A stretch of 26,077 nt of DNA from assembly GCA_001824645.1 (NCBI GenBank), contig MHYD01000065.1, forward strand, positions 8,645 through 34,721. Direction: 5' to 3'. The notes under the pieces are model-generated. The model saw nothing but the letters and a program-made list of their open reading frames with translations. It did not search any database and was not told where the DNA came from. The translations under genes were made by a program, and so were the position numbers. Shown one piece after another: positions 16,168 to 24,415 of the stretch; the first letter of the stretch is position 1, and each line of letters begins with the position of its first letter. Source of the DNA: Planctomycetes bacterium RBG_13_46_10. Lineage in GTDB: Bacteria; Planctomycetota; Phycisphaerae; Sedimentisphaerales; Anaerobacaceae.

Positions 16168-16195
16168 TAGCTAATGGCTATCAGCTAATCGCTGC
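16168..16195 (-). repeat. Heptamer array A5 (minus strand gcagcga ttagctg atagcca ttagcta)
   Basis: 7-nt period; opposite orientation to A4 and A3; upstream of the four-helix-bundle gene. Confidence 0.88.
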
Positions 16196-16205
16196 CGTTA
16201 TTTCT

Positions 16206-16234
16206 GCGCGCACTCCGTTCCCCTTAGTGCACGC
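16206..16234 (-). other. RNA stem-loop GCGUGCACU-N11-AGUGCGCGC
   Basis: 9-bp stem whose only non-Watson-Crick pair is G-U on the minus (mRNA) strand; no U-tract follows. Confidence 0.45.
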
Positions 16235-16318
16235 GACAAATTTCTCTATTCTCTCAACCTTCTTCCACAAAATCCCAACATCCTTGAGAAGGCCGAGTCA
16301 TATTATCTTTAAGACGCA

Positions 16319-18850
16319 CTAAGGCGTCGTATTTCCTTCGGCTACAGGTTCGGGCAGGACGGAAAGTTGCTCAATGAGTCTCTTCGCCGGCTCGAATTGT
16401 GGACGAAGGCGCAGGCATATCCTTGCCTCATGGATCGCCTCGGGTGCCTTGCCTGTCTCTGCGTAGAGTCTCGCTAATTCAAATCGCCATTGGACCTGGC
16501 CGTAATCCAAATCCAGAGCCTTGTTGTAATATTCCATAGCCGCTTCATTATTTTTATCTCTTCTGTAAACATATGCAAGAGAGGCATATACAGAAGCTGA
16601 AGCATCCGGGCCGGAACATATTTCTTTTAGCAGCTCTACTACCCGGGCTTGTGCCTTCTCAACTATGTCTTTGTGCTCTTCTATATCCGCAAGAGCATTG
16701 GCTACATAGCTTAGCCATCCGGTATTATCTCCTGCAATAGCTACCGCCAGATCGGGTCGTCCCACGCGATTGATGTATACATCAACAACGTTACGAAAAA
16801 ATCTGCCGTCAAGCTCAACAGCCCTGCTTAGCTTTTCAAATGATGCGTCGATTTGTTGTTCTTCTGTATCGAGAAGGCCGGCGGCAAAACAGACTGTAGG
16901 GTCACAAGGTGCGAGCTTAAAGCCTTTTCGGATACGGTCAGCGCCGTTAGGATCATCCTGAATCAACATCTCAAGCTGTCCGACTATGCAATAGCTTGCC
17001 CCATACGTCGGACAGAGTTGCCGTACTTTATGGAAATCATCGACTATACGGTCCACAAATTCCTTTACTGGTTCGGAGATAATAAGCTCGCCGGTATTCG
17101 GATCGGTAGTTCTGCTTATAGACCTCCAGCGGTAGACGTTAAGCCAGTGCCGATACTCAACGTTGTCAGGCTGATAATCGGCGGCTTTAGCCGCATGTGA
17201 AATCAAGTTTATGTATTCTTCGTCGCTGCCCTGCCAGTTTTCCGCCGCCAGGTTCTGTTCGGCAGCGAGAGCTTTATTCCAGTTCGCCTGGGCAAGCCGG
17301 GCCGTATTGGCGCTGAGCAGAATCCAGGCCCAAACTCCTGATACACACACCAATCCGGCAATGCGCAAGCCTCTTGATAATCGCAGTGCAGTTGCAGTTG
17401 TGCTAAATAGATGGCCTTTTTGTCCAGGCAGTGCTAAGCCCAGCATAAGGGCACAAAATACGGCAGAGAGGAATCCGTTGGCCGGCAGGTGCTGACCAAA
17501 GTCGCTTAAGCTGTGGAGTAAAATTGCCAGCAGCCCAAATCCAAGACCATAAGCCGCCGAGCGAATCGGCACGGATGCGGCTTTTACATTGCGAACATAC
17601 GCTATCCATACCAGGATGCCAAAGACAACCAGAGCTAACAGGCCTGCAATGCCCGTCTCCTCGGCAGCCTGGGCATACTCGTTTTCTGCATAAGCAGCGA
17701 GAGCTGCGATCATTGAGCGGTCGAACATTGAAAATACAACGGAGTGCGTACCCAGCCCCGTTCCAAAGAGGGGGAACTTTGCCCAGGCAGTCGAAATGTC
17801 CTTCAAAATCTGCCAACGGCCTCCTTCCGCCTGCTGTAACTCCTGAAGAGTGGCGAGACGATCATAAACAGCGTCGAAACCTATATAGAGTACACAGATA
17901 AATGCCCCAAGTGCCAGCAAGGCGATTATCCAACCCTGGCCTTTTAGAGACTGTCGCCAACTGAGGATCAACACGGTAAAGGCTGCTGCGATAAACATAC
18001 TTACCATACCACCTCGGGTCAGTGACAGGAAAATCGTAGCTGCTCCGAGAATGATCATTGCTGTGAGCAACCATAGAGTTTTTGCCTCAGACGAGCCAAG
18101 GTATTCGATGACAACAGCAGGGGTAACTTGCTTACCTGTGAATATCTCGTGGGCTTTAACTAATATAAGTGCAAGAGCCGCTCCAATTGATAAATTCATA
18201 AACTGGCCATAGTGGCTATGATTGGCAAAAGGACCGGAATTGGCCCGCCCCCTCTCAAGAGGTACGAGCCAGTATATTTTCCCATTGCCGAGCAGGTCCT
18301 GTGCAATCGCCAGTAAAGCGATTGCACCGCCAATAATGGCGATTGCGCCTAAAAGCCGTTTTATCTGGTCCGGTCGGCGGTATACATTTACAACCACGAA
18401 AAAAACTGCTGCTACGGCTAAAACTAATCGCAGATTCTGTTTTGTGGCGTTTGGATAAAAGCTAAGAGTCATCGAGCTGAGAAACTCACTCGAATTGGGC
18501 AAATCACTAAGAAGCTCTTGCTTCGTCGCAGCAGTGTTCGGCGAAATTATGCTTACCAAGCTCGTTGGCAGGTGAATAAGCTGAAATACAGCTACAAGAA
18601 TAAACAGGGCCACCGGTATATAAACCCAGGACCAAATAATGCGCAGATTTTTTTCAAAGACAAGCTTCAACAAAAAGCAAACGGAAATTGCTGCCGCTAT
18701 GACCAATACGATCTCTTCGCTCCAGGCATGCACAGCGCCGAACGCAAGAGGCATAAATGCGAGAAGCGATATCAGCAGCCACTCAATCACATTATCGAAT
18801 CTGCTCATGCTATCTTCCGTAATACTGAGATCGATTCGGCGTTCTTTCAA
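16319..18850 (-). CDS. O-antigen ligase family (Wzy_C) membrane protein with C-terminal TPR region
   Basis: Motifs GPFANHSHYG, LSLTRGG, GRWQILKD...FPLFGTGLG.H and ENEYAQ..EETG; TPR-like end (AMEYYNKALDLD..., LARLYAETGK..EA). Confidence 0.88.
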   Translation of the reverse strand: MKERRIDLSITEDSMSRFDNVIEWLLISLLAFMPLAFGAVHAWSEEIVLVIAAAISVCFLLKLVFEKNLRIIWSWVYIPVALFILVAVFQLIHLPTSLVSIISPNTAATKQELLSDLPNSSEFLSSMTLSFYPNATKQNLRLVLAVAAVFFVVVNVYRRPDQIKRLLGAIAIIGGAIALLAIAQDLLGNGKIYWLVPLERGRANSGPFANHSHYGQFMNLSIGAALALILVKAHEIFTGKQVTPAVVIEYLGSSEAKTLWLLTAMIILGAATIFLSLTRGGMVSMFIAAAFTVLILSWRQSLKGQGWIIALLALGAFICVLYIGFDAVYDRLATLQELQQAEGGRWQILKDISTAWAKFPLFGTGLGTHSVVFSMFDRSMIAALAAYAENEYAQAAEETGIAGLLALVVFGILVWIAYVRNVKAASVPIRSAAYGLGFGLLAILLHSLSDFGQHLPANGFLSAVFCALMLGLALPGQKGHLFSTTATALRLSRGLRIAGLVCVSGVWAWILLSANTARLAQANWNKALAAEQNLAAENWQGSDEEYINLISHAAKAADYQPDNVEYRHWLNVYRWRSISRTTDPNTGELIISEPVKEFVDRIVDDFHKVRQLCPTYGASYCIVGQLEMLIQDDPNGADRIRKGFKLAPCDPTVCFAAGLLDTEEQQIDASFEKLSRAVELDGRFFRNVVDVYINRVGRPDLAVAIAGDNTGWLSYVANALADIEEHKDIVEKAQARVVELLKEICSGPDASASVYASLAYVYRRDKNNEAAMEYYNKALDLDYGQVQWRFELARLYAETGKAPEAIHEARICLRLRPQFEPAKRLIEQLSVLPEPVAEGNTTP

Positions 18851-19680
18851 CGGTCTATCTCCTTTTGATCGCAGAGTGAAAGAGGAAGTATATCCCGGCC
18901 ATTTATCACCCTTAATGGATTCTCGATGCAGACCAGATGAGCCAGTTCTTTACCCAACTTGTCGCTAATGTGCCTAAACGCAGTTCTCATTCTGGGTTTG
19001 CGAGAGTCTATATCATGTGAATCGGTCGCTACAAGTGCTGCCCGGCCAGAAGTTAGAAAATCCCATGCGGCCCGTTGTGCTTCCGGTCCAAAATCACCTA
19101 ACAGACTGGATGCAGTGATTTGAAAGTGCGCTGATTGATCAAGCCAGTGCAGTAGCAAGTTTGACTGAGCTGCTGTAGGAAGGATTCTTTCAGCATGCGA
19201 GATTATTGATTGGATGTCCATAGAGGCAAGTTCTATCAGGAGCGGTTCGATATCTATAAAGACCTGATACGGAAGTTCAAGAAGCAGGTATTTACCGCCG
19301 TCGGCAAGTGTAAGAATTCTGTCAGACTCAAGGAGCTTGCATATTCTCTCATCTACCCGAACCTCGCCTCCGGGAACAACTTCAACCGGGATTGCGTTGT
19401 TTTTGAGTGATTCATTCAGGTTGTTAACAGCTTCTCTCACAGTTGCCGCTTCATTAAAACTCTCAAAACGACCGAGCTGGTGCGGTGTTGCTACTATGGT
19501 AGCTATTCCTTCGGCAGCCAGCATCCTGCACAGTGCAAGTGCCTCTTTCATTGTGGAAGGGCCATCATCAAGGCCAGGCAAACAATGGCAGTGGATATCG
19601 GTGAATCTCTCCCACTTGTTGTTCACATATAGACTGCCATTTTCACCATCAATTAAGTTTTCCCTCACAGAGTCTGTCAT
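18847..19680 (-). CDS. cpsB: PHP-family protein-tyrosine phosphatase (CpsB/CapC/YwqE type)
   Basis: Motifs DIHCHCLPGLDDG, ATPH, HAER and ATDSH; adjacent to Wzc. Confidence 0.92.
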   Translation of the reverse strand: MTDSVRENLIDGENGSLYVNNKWERFTDIHCHCLPGLDDGPSTMKEALALCRMLAAEGIATIVATPHQLGRFESFNEAATVREAVNNLNESLKNNAIPVEVVPGGEVRVDERICKLLESDRILTLADGGKYLLLELPYQVFIDIEPLLIELASMDIQSIISHAERILPTAAQSNLLLHWLDQSAHFQITASSLLGDFGPEAQRAAWDFLTSGRAALVATDSHDIDSRKPRMRTAFRHISDKLGKELAHLVCIENPLRVINGRDILPLSLCDQKEIDR

Positions 19681-19689
19681 TTGCCATTC

Positions 19690-21957
19690 CTAATCAATTG
19701 CCTTTGCATCCAAAGCAGAATCTTTCACGACTCCATCTGGCCTTCTATCTCCAGTCTTTTTCTTTTTGCGGTCGTCGCCGTAGTAGTATCCGTAAGAGCC
19801 GTAGTAGCCATAGTGGCCTTTCTTTGGAACATCGTTCACAACCACCCCGAGGACGTGAGCACCGACGCTCAACAGGCCATGCTTGGCTTGTAGGCAATTC
19901 CTTCTGGTCGATTTTTCCGCTCTCAGTACCAATAGCGTTATATCGCAGATCGCGGCAAGTATCTGGGCGTCGGTTACAGGCATAACGGGCGGCGAATCAA
20001 TCACGATGCGGTCATATTTGTTTGAAAGACGCTCAAGGAGTTTAGCAAAGGTATCGCTATTTAGTATCTCAGCAGGATTAGGCACTTCCGGCCCGCAGGC
20101 TAACAGATCCAAGCCTTTAACTTCGGTTTGATGGATAGCGTCTTCCAGTCTCGCAGCCCCGGCAAGTACGCTGCTAAGCCCTCGATTCTCATGGTTGAGT
20201 TTGAAGATTCTATGTTGCATTGGCTTTCGGAAATCTGCATCAAGAATGAGGACCCTTTGCCCCGCCTGTGCCATTGCAATGGCCATGTTGCTTGCCAGGG
20301 TGGTCTTGCCATCAGCCGGCATCGGCGAAGTGACCAATATGGTCTTTGCCTCGTCTTTGGGTGCACCGAAGAATACGGCTGTGCGTATCGTGCGATAGGC
20401 TTCTGCCCAATTGGATTTTGAATCCAGATATGTTTTCCGGCCCCGGTCTGTAACGCTTTCCCGTCGGGACATAGATGGCACGACGCCCAGAACCGGCATA
20501 CTTAGAACAGCTGAAATATCTTCTGCAGAATGGAGCGTCTGGTCCATAAAATCGCGAAGCAGACCCAAACCGCCCCCGAGCATAAGACCCATTACCAGTG
20601 CCATTGCCATGTACTTGGCCTTCTCGGGTTTGGATGGTTTGTCCGCAGGACGCGCGTACTCGAGAATACTTATGTTAAGGGCCCCAACGTCTTCGGTGAC
20701 GCTGAGCTCTTTCATCCGGTCGTTGAGAATGTCGCAATCCTTTTTCGTCTGTTCCCAGTCTGACTGCAGCAGTGTGTACTTATTGATCTGTTGATTGAGC
20801 GCAACGGCTTGTTTACGCTGGTCTTCATAGTACTTGGCGATCTGATCTTCCGTTTCTTTCGCAGCTAAGGACTCTTGTTTTGACACAGCAAGCTGGGCCT
20901 GTGAGAACTCGTCATCCAGATTGGCAATCTGCGCTTTTGAGCGGCTAATGTCACTCTCAATCGCTATAACCACAGGGTGGCCTGGAGTCATCTGTCGCAA
21001 ACTGCCTGCAAGGCGATCCTGCAACTCATCGAGTCTGGATTTGATTTTCGCTTTTTCACTGTCTTGGGGGATATACATACCCCTGGCCCGTTGTGCTTCG
21101 ATAAACTGCTGGAGCTTAACAGGATCACTGACCATCTCTTTCGTGGATTCATAGGCCGAGTTTCTCTCGATGGTTTTAAGCTTAGCCTCTGTCAAGAGTG
21201 TGGACCACCTTTGAAGCTGTTCGATTAGAATATTACCCCGGCTATCCTCGAGGACTATATCCGGGTTATCATTCTGAAAATCCAAGAGTTTTTTGAGCGT
21301 TTCTGACAGCTCTTTGTCTCGTTTAGTCTTATCGGCTCGAAGGATTTTTAAGATTTCACTTGAGGTGCTGCGTTTTTGAGTTGCATGATACGTTATATAG
21401 GAATCTATGACCGTATTTACCAGCTGAGCAGCTTCATTCGGATACGGCGAATCGTATGATATACTGATGATATCATCTTTTTTTCCTACGGTAGCATTCA
21501 GGGTTTTTTTAAGATAAGAAATGTGGTTGTCCACCTCGGAAAATGTCTGCATCTGCTGTATGCCGGCAGTATCAAGAACGGCGGTCAGGATAGGTGTGGA
21601 TTTAAGCAATTCGGCCTGTGTGTAGAGGTAGTTCTTGGATTGGGTCATGACACCCTCTTGCGTCTCAGCAAAAATCTTCGGACCGCTCTGTTCAACGTAA
21701 ATCCTGGAAGTGCTGGTGTAAACAGGCGTCACCTTGGTCACGTAGATCAAAGCTGCTGCCAGAACCGCAACCGTGGTCAACAGCACAATCCATCGGCTGC
21801 GCCACAGGATCAGAACCAGACTTTCGGACATCATTTGCGTAGGTAGAGGCATTCCCACATGCGAATTCGCCAGTCCTGCGTGTCCGTTATTTTCCTGCTG
21901 GTCTATCATATTGTGTCCTACGATCTCTGTTTGGCCAAATTCATTGTTTGTCTCCAA
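19690..21957 (-). CDS. wzc: Polysaccharide co-polymerase/tyrosine autokinase Wzc
   Basis: Two TM segments flanking a coiled-coil region; Walker A SPMPADGKTT, A' LILDAD, B IVIDSPP; C-terminal Tyr cluster HYGYYGSYGYYY. Confidence 0.95.
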   Translation of the reverse strand: METNNEFGQTEIVGHNMIDQQENNGHAGLANSHVGMPLPTQMMSESLVLILWRSRWIVLLTTVAVLAAALIYVTKVTPVYTSTSRIYVEQSGPKIFAETQEGVMTQSKNYLYTQAELLKSTPILTAVLDTAGIQQMQTFSEVDNHISYLKKTLNATVGKKDDIISISYDSPYPNEAAQLVNTVIDSYITYHATQKRSTSSEILKILRADKTKRDKELSETLKKLLDFQNDNPDIVLEDSRGNILIEQLQRWSTLLTEAKLKTIERNSAYESTKEMVSDPVKLQQFIEAQRARGMYIPQDSEKAKIKSRLDELQDRLAGSLRQMTPGHPVVIAIESDISRSKAQIANLDDEFSQAQLAVSKQESLAAKETEDQIAKYYEDQRKQAVALNQQINKYTLLQSDWEQTKKDCDILNDRMKELSVTEDVGALNISILEYARPADKPSKPEKAKYMAMALVMGLMLGGGLGLLRDFMDQTLHSAEDISAVLSMPVLGVVPSMSRRESVTDRGRKTYLDSKSNWAEAYRTIRTAVFFGAPKDEAKTILVTSPMPADGKTTLASNMAIAMAQAGQRVLILDADFRKPMQHRIFKLNHENRGLSSVLAGAARLEDAIHQTEVKGLDLLACGPEVPNPAEILNSDTFAKLLERLSNKYDRIVIDSPPVMPVTDAQILAAICDITLLVLRAEKSTRRNCLQAKHGLLSVGAHVLGVVVNDVPKKGHYGYYGSYGYYYGDDRKKKKTGDRRPDGVVKDSALDAKAID

Positions 21958-21963
21958 GCCTCC

Positions 21964-23715
21964 TTAGTCCCAGACAGTATCCAAGCTCGTGTACGTGCCG
22001 ATATTGACCCTGAATACCCTGTCCAGAAACACCGCGGTACGTGTTCTTGGTGTATGTTCGACATCCACGATATCACCAGGCCTTATTAAGTTATTTGCGG
22101 CATCTGTAAGCCGTGAACCATCTTTAATTGGAAAAACCGCACTTACAATTGTACCATCGGGATTTAAGCGGTGGACGGTCACGTAGCGAGGATCCGCAAC
22201 ATCATTCAGGCCGCCAGCAAAGGCCAATGCCTGTACGAGGTTATAGCGGACGTCGGGTGGATAAGGGAAATTACCTGGTTTGTTCACGAGTCCAATAACT
22301 GTAACGAGTAGCGGCTGCAACGGTTCAACGATGACACCATCTCCATCCTGGAGCACAACATCCGCGAAGGGTATATTAAGTCCCTTGACCGGGAGAACAA
22401 GGGGTTTGGATTCTTGAAATGTACCTTGATTGGCGATTCTTTCAGTTCTTGGCTTTCTGTCCCTGTCGGCTATTTTGGACTCCTCTTGTTGCCTGTCACT
22501 GGCGCTTTGGCGGTATTCAAGCAACTTTCTTTTTGCCGGAGGATTTAGCTTTTGCTCCAGGCTGGTATTAGAGACTCGAGATTCTGCCGGGGCCAGATTC
22601 TCTTGGAGAGCTGAACTTGCGGTTAGCAGGCTGCTAAGGTCTATGTTCGAATCTGTACCTTTGTCTCCACCTTTATATTTGCCAAACTTGGCGGTGAGTG
22701 ACTCTTTCAGTTCATTGAGCTTTTGTTCTATGTCAACGATTGAAACAGGCGGCCCGGTTCGTGCCAACTTATCCAGCAGAAGCAATCTTTCACTTTTGTC
22801 TGCGAGGTCTATTTGATCAGTGAGCAGACTTTTTTCATCTTGCCTTATAGTCAGTATACCAATTGTGCTCGATGGAGCTTCCTGCTGAAAATACAACTGA
22901 ATCTTGACTTCATCTGACCCGGGATAACGGCTGGTGAATTCCACTTCTTTGGTATTCTTTAGATTAAGAGGCTTAGGGGCATCCTTGTCGCCGATAGTTA
23001 CATCCTGGTTGCTATGATTTATTTGTATAACAGAAGCCCCATCATCGACTATGCCCTCCGCTTCCATCAGCAGCGATACAAGAGACATCTGATCGTTGCG
23101 CAGCGAATATACTCCCGGTTTATTGACAGCTCCGGTGATAGAAACTGTAACTGTTTTGTACTCCAATACGCGGGCAAATACGGTGGGACGGGTAACGACA
23201 TATTCAGGATGATAAGCATCGGTAACATCTGATTCGATCTGCGAGAGAGTTCTTCCTTTGACTTCTATTTGACCTATAATTGGAAGCGTGATAGTTCCGG
23301 TTTCGTGGACCCGGCATATGTATGGCGTGGACTGTTCAAAACGTCCTCCTCCCTCGGCTGTAACGACCTGCAAGATGACTGGCATGGTCAGTTCCAGGAC
23401 GTCACCAGGTACGATATGATATTCCCCTCCGCCTATCTTGGCCTTGACCAACCGGTCCATATCAACGGATGGCCCGCCTGGACCGGCCATCTCGAATTCA
23501 AGTAACTGCCCTGAAGAAGGCAATTGGACCCTATCACTACACCCAACTAACCAGACACATAAGAGAATCGTTAGAATTGTATCACGCAATGCCTGAGTTT
23601 GCGATACGGAGATAAAATTCCTCAAGTTCTTAACGAAGTTCACTTTGATCCACCTCATACGCCCACTGCCCAGCGTCGTCATCCTCGAGACACCGCTGCA
23701 ATCAAAGCCACTCAA
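21964..23715 (-). CDS. wza: Polysaccharide export lipoprotein Wza (Poly_export plus SLBB domains) with a long internal insert
   Basis: Lipobox LVGC; Y.IVPGDVL, GTITLPIIGQI, SITGAVNKPG.Y and VIGLVNKPG.F. The exact start codon is uncertain. Confidence 0.9.
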   Translation of the reverse strand: MSGFDCSGVSRMTTLGSGRMRWIKVNFVKNLRNFISVSQTQALRDTILTILLCVWLVGCSDRVQLPSSGQLLEFEMAGPGGPSVDMDRLVKAKIGGGEYHIVPGDVLELTMPVILQVVTAEGGGRFEQSTPYICRVHETGTITLPIIGQIEVKGRTLSQIESDVTDAYHPEYVVTRPTVFARVLEYKTVTVSITGAVNKPGVYSLRNDQMSLVSLLMEAEGIVDDGASVIQINHSNQDVTIGDKDAPKPLNLKNTKEVEFTSRYPGSDEVKIQLYFQQEAPSSTIGILTIRQDEKSLLTDQIDLADKSERLLLLDKLARTGPPVSIVDIEQKLNELKESLTAKFGKYKGGDKGTDSNIDLSSLLTASSALQENLAPAESRVSNTSLEQKLNPPAKRKLLEYRQSASDRQQEESKIADRDRKPRTERIANQGTFQESKPLVLPVKGLNIPFADVVLQDGDGVIVEPLQPLLVTVIGLVNKPGNFPYPPDVRYNLVQALAFAGGLNDVADPRYVTVHRLNPDGTIVSAVFPIKDGSRLTDAANNLIRPGDIVDVEHTPRTRTAVFLDRVFRVNIGTYTSLDTVWD

Positions 23716-23932
23716 ATTATTATAATTTTTTAAATGCGCGAACTAAATAGAGGTGTTCTTAAGCTCCATCTATAAAACCATTTAGACATATAACGAAAAT
23801 ACCCAACATCTTGGCAATAGTTGCCTTATATGAGTATCCGTTCACGTTTTGGCAGGTGGATAATAAGAGTCCTGTAATATATGACCCGTTACTACCGGTC
23901 CGCCCTCTCCTCAATAGCTCATGCTTCTTTTA

Positions 23933-24301
23933 TTAGTCTTGTAGTCCTGGCGGAATAACAGGCGGTACACCCGGCGCCCAATTACTACGCACAGACCGTC
24001 TGCCTGGTATGACAACGGGCGGATTACCGTTGTTGTTGCCATTGTTTCCGTTGTTGGCGGAGGCTCTTGGTGAGCGTGCAACTCGCGCAGTTGAAATCGA
24101 AACCACTTTAGGCGCAAGCGTAACTCTTTGCAACAAAAATGGATCGAAGACACTTATGACATTTACCGTCGCGACTTGCCCAGTAGCTACGTCCGCTTCC
24201 GCAGCAAATGCTGGAATCCCAAATACTGTAATCATTAACAGTACCAGAATTCCTAATAGAAACATACCTTCAAGACCAAACTTATTTTCCATGTTCTTCA
24301 T
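23933..24301 (-). CDS. Small secreted Pro/Asn-rich protein of unknown function
   Basis: AAGGAG Shine-Dalgarno before ATG 24301, preferred over the track GTG at 24316; hydrophobic signal ending in AFA; low-complexity C-terminus. Confidence 0.7.
   Translation of the reverse strand: MKNMENKFGLEGMFLLGILVLLMITVFGIPAFAAEADVATGQVATVNVISVFDPFLLQRVTLAPKVVSISTARVARSPRASANNGNNGNNNGNPPVVIPGRRSVRSNWAPGVPPVIPPGLQD
24024..24056 (-). repeat. Asn/Gly codon microrepeat (NNGNNGNNNGN)
   Basis: AAC/AAT/GGx run inside the 23933-24301 ORF. Confidence 0.7.
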
Positions 24302-24415
24302 AATTAACTCCTTCACGAAACAAGATTATAAGTATACGTTTTATTATATTATCACTTGCCACTAAACGTTTCTGAATGTAGTTATTTATAAATTTGATTC
24401 CTCATACTCTATACT

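Noticed and set aside
23890-23905. ops/JUMPstart-like site upstream of wza (minus strand GGCGGACCGGTAG)
   Set aside because: It does not match GGCGGTAG without a 5-nt gap; too weak to call.
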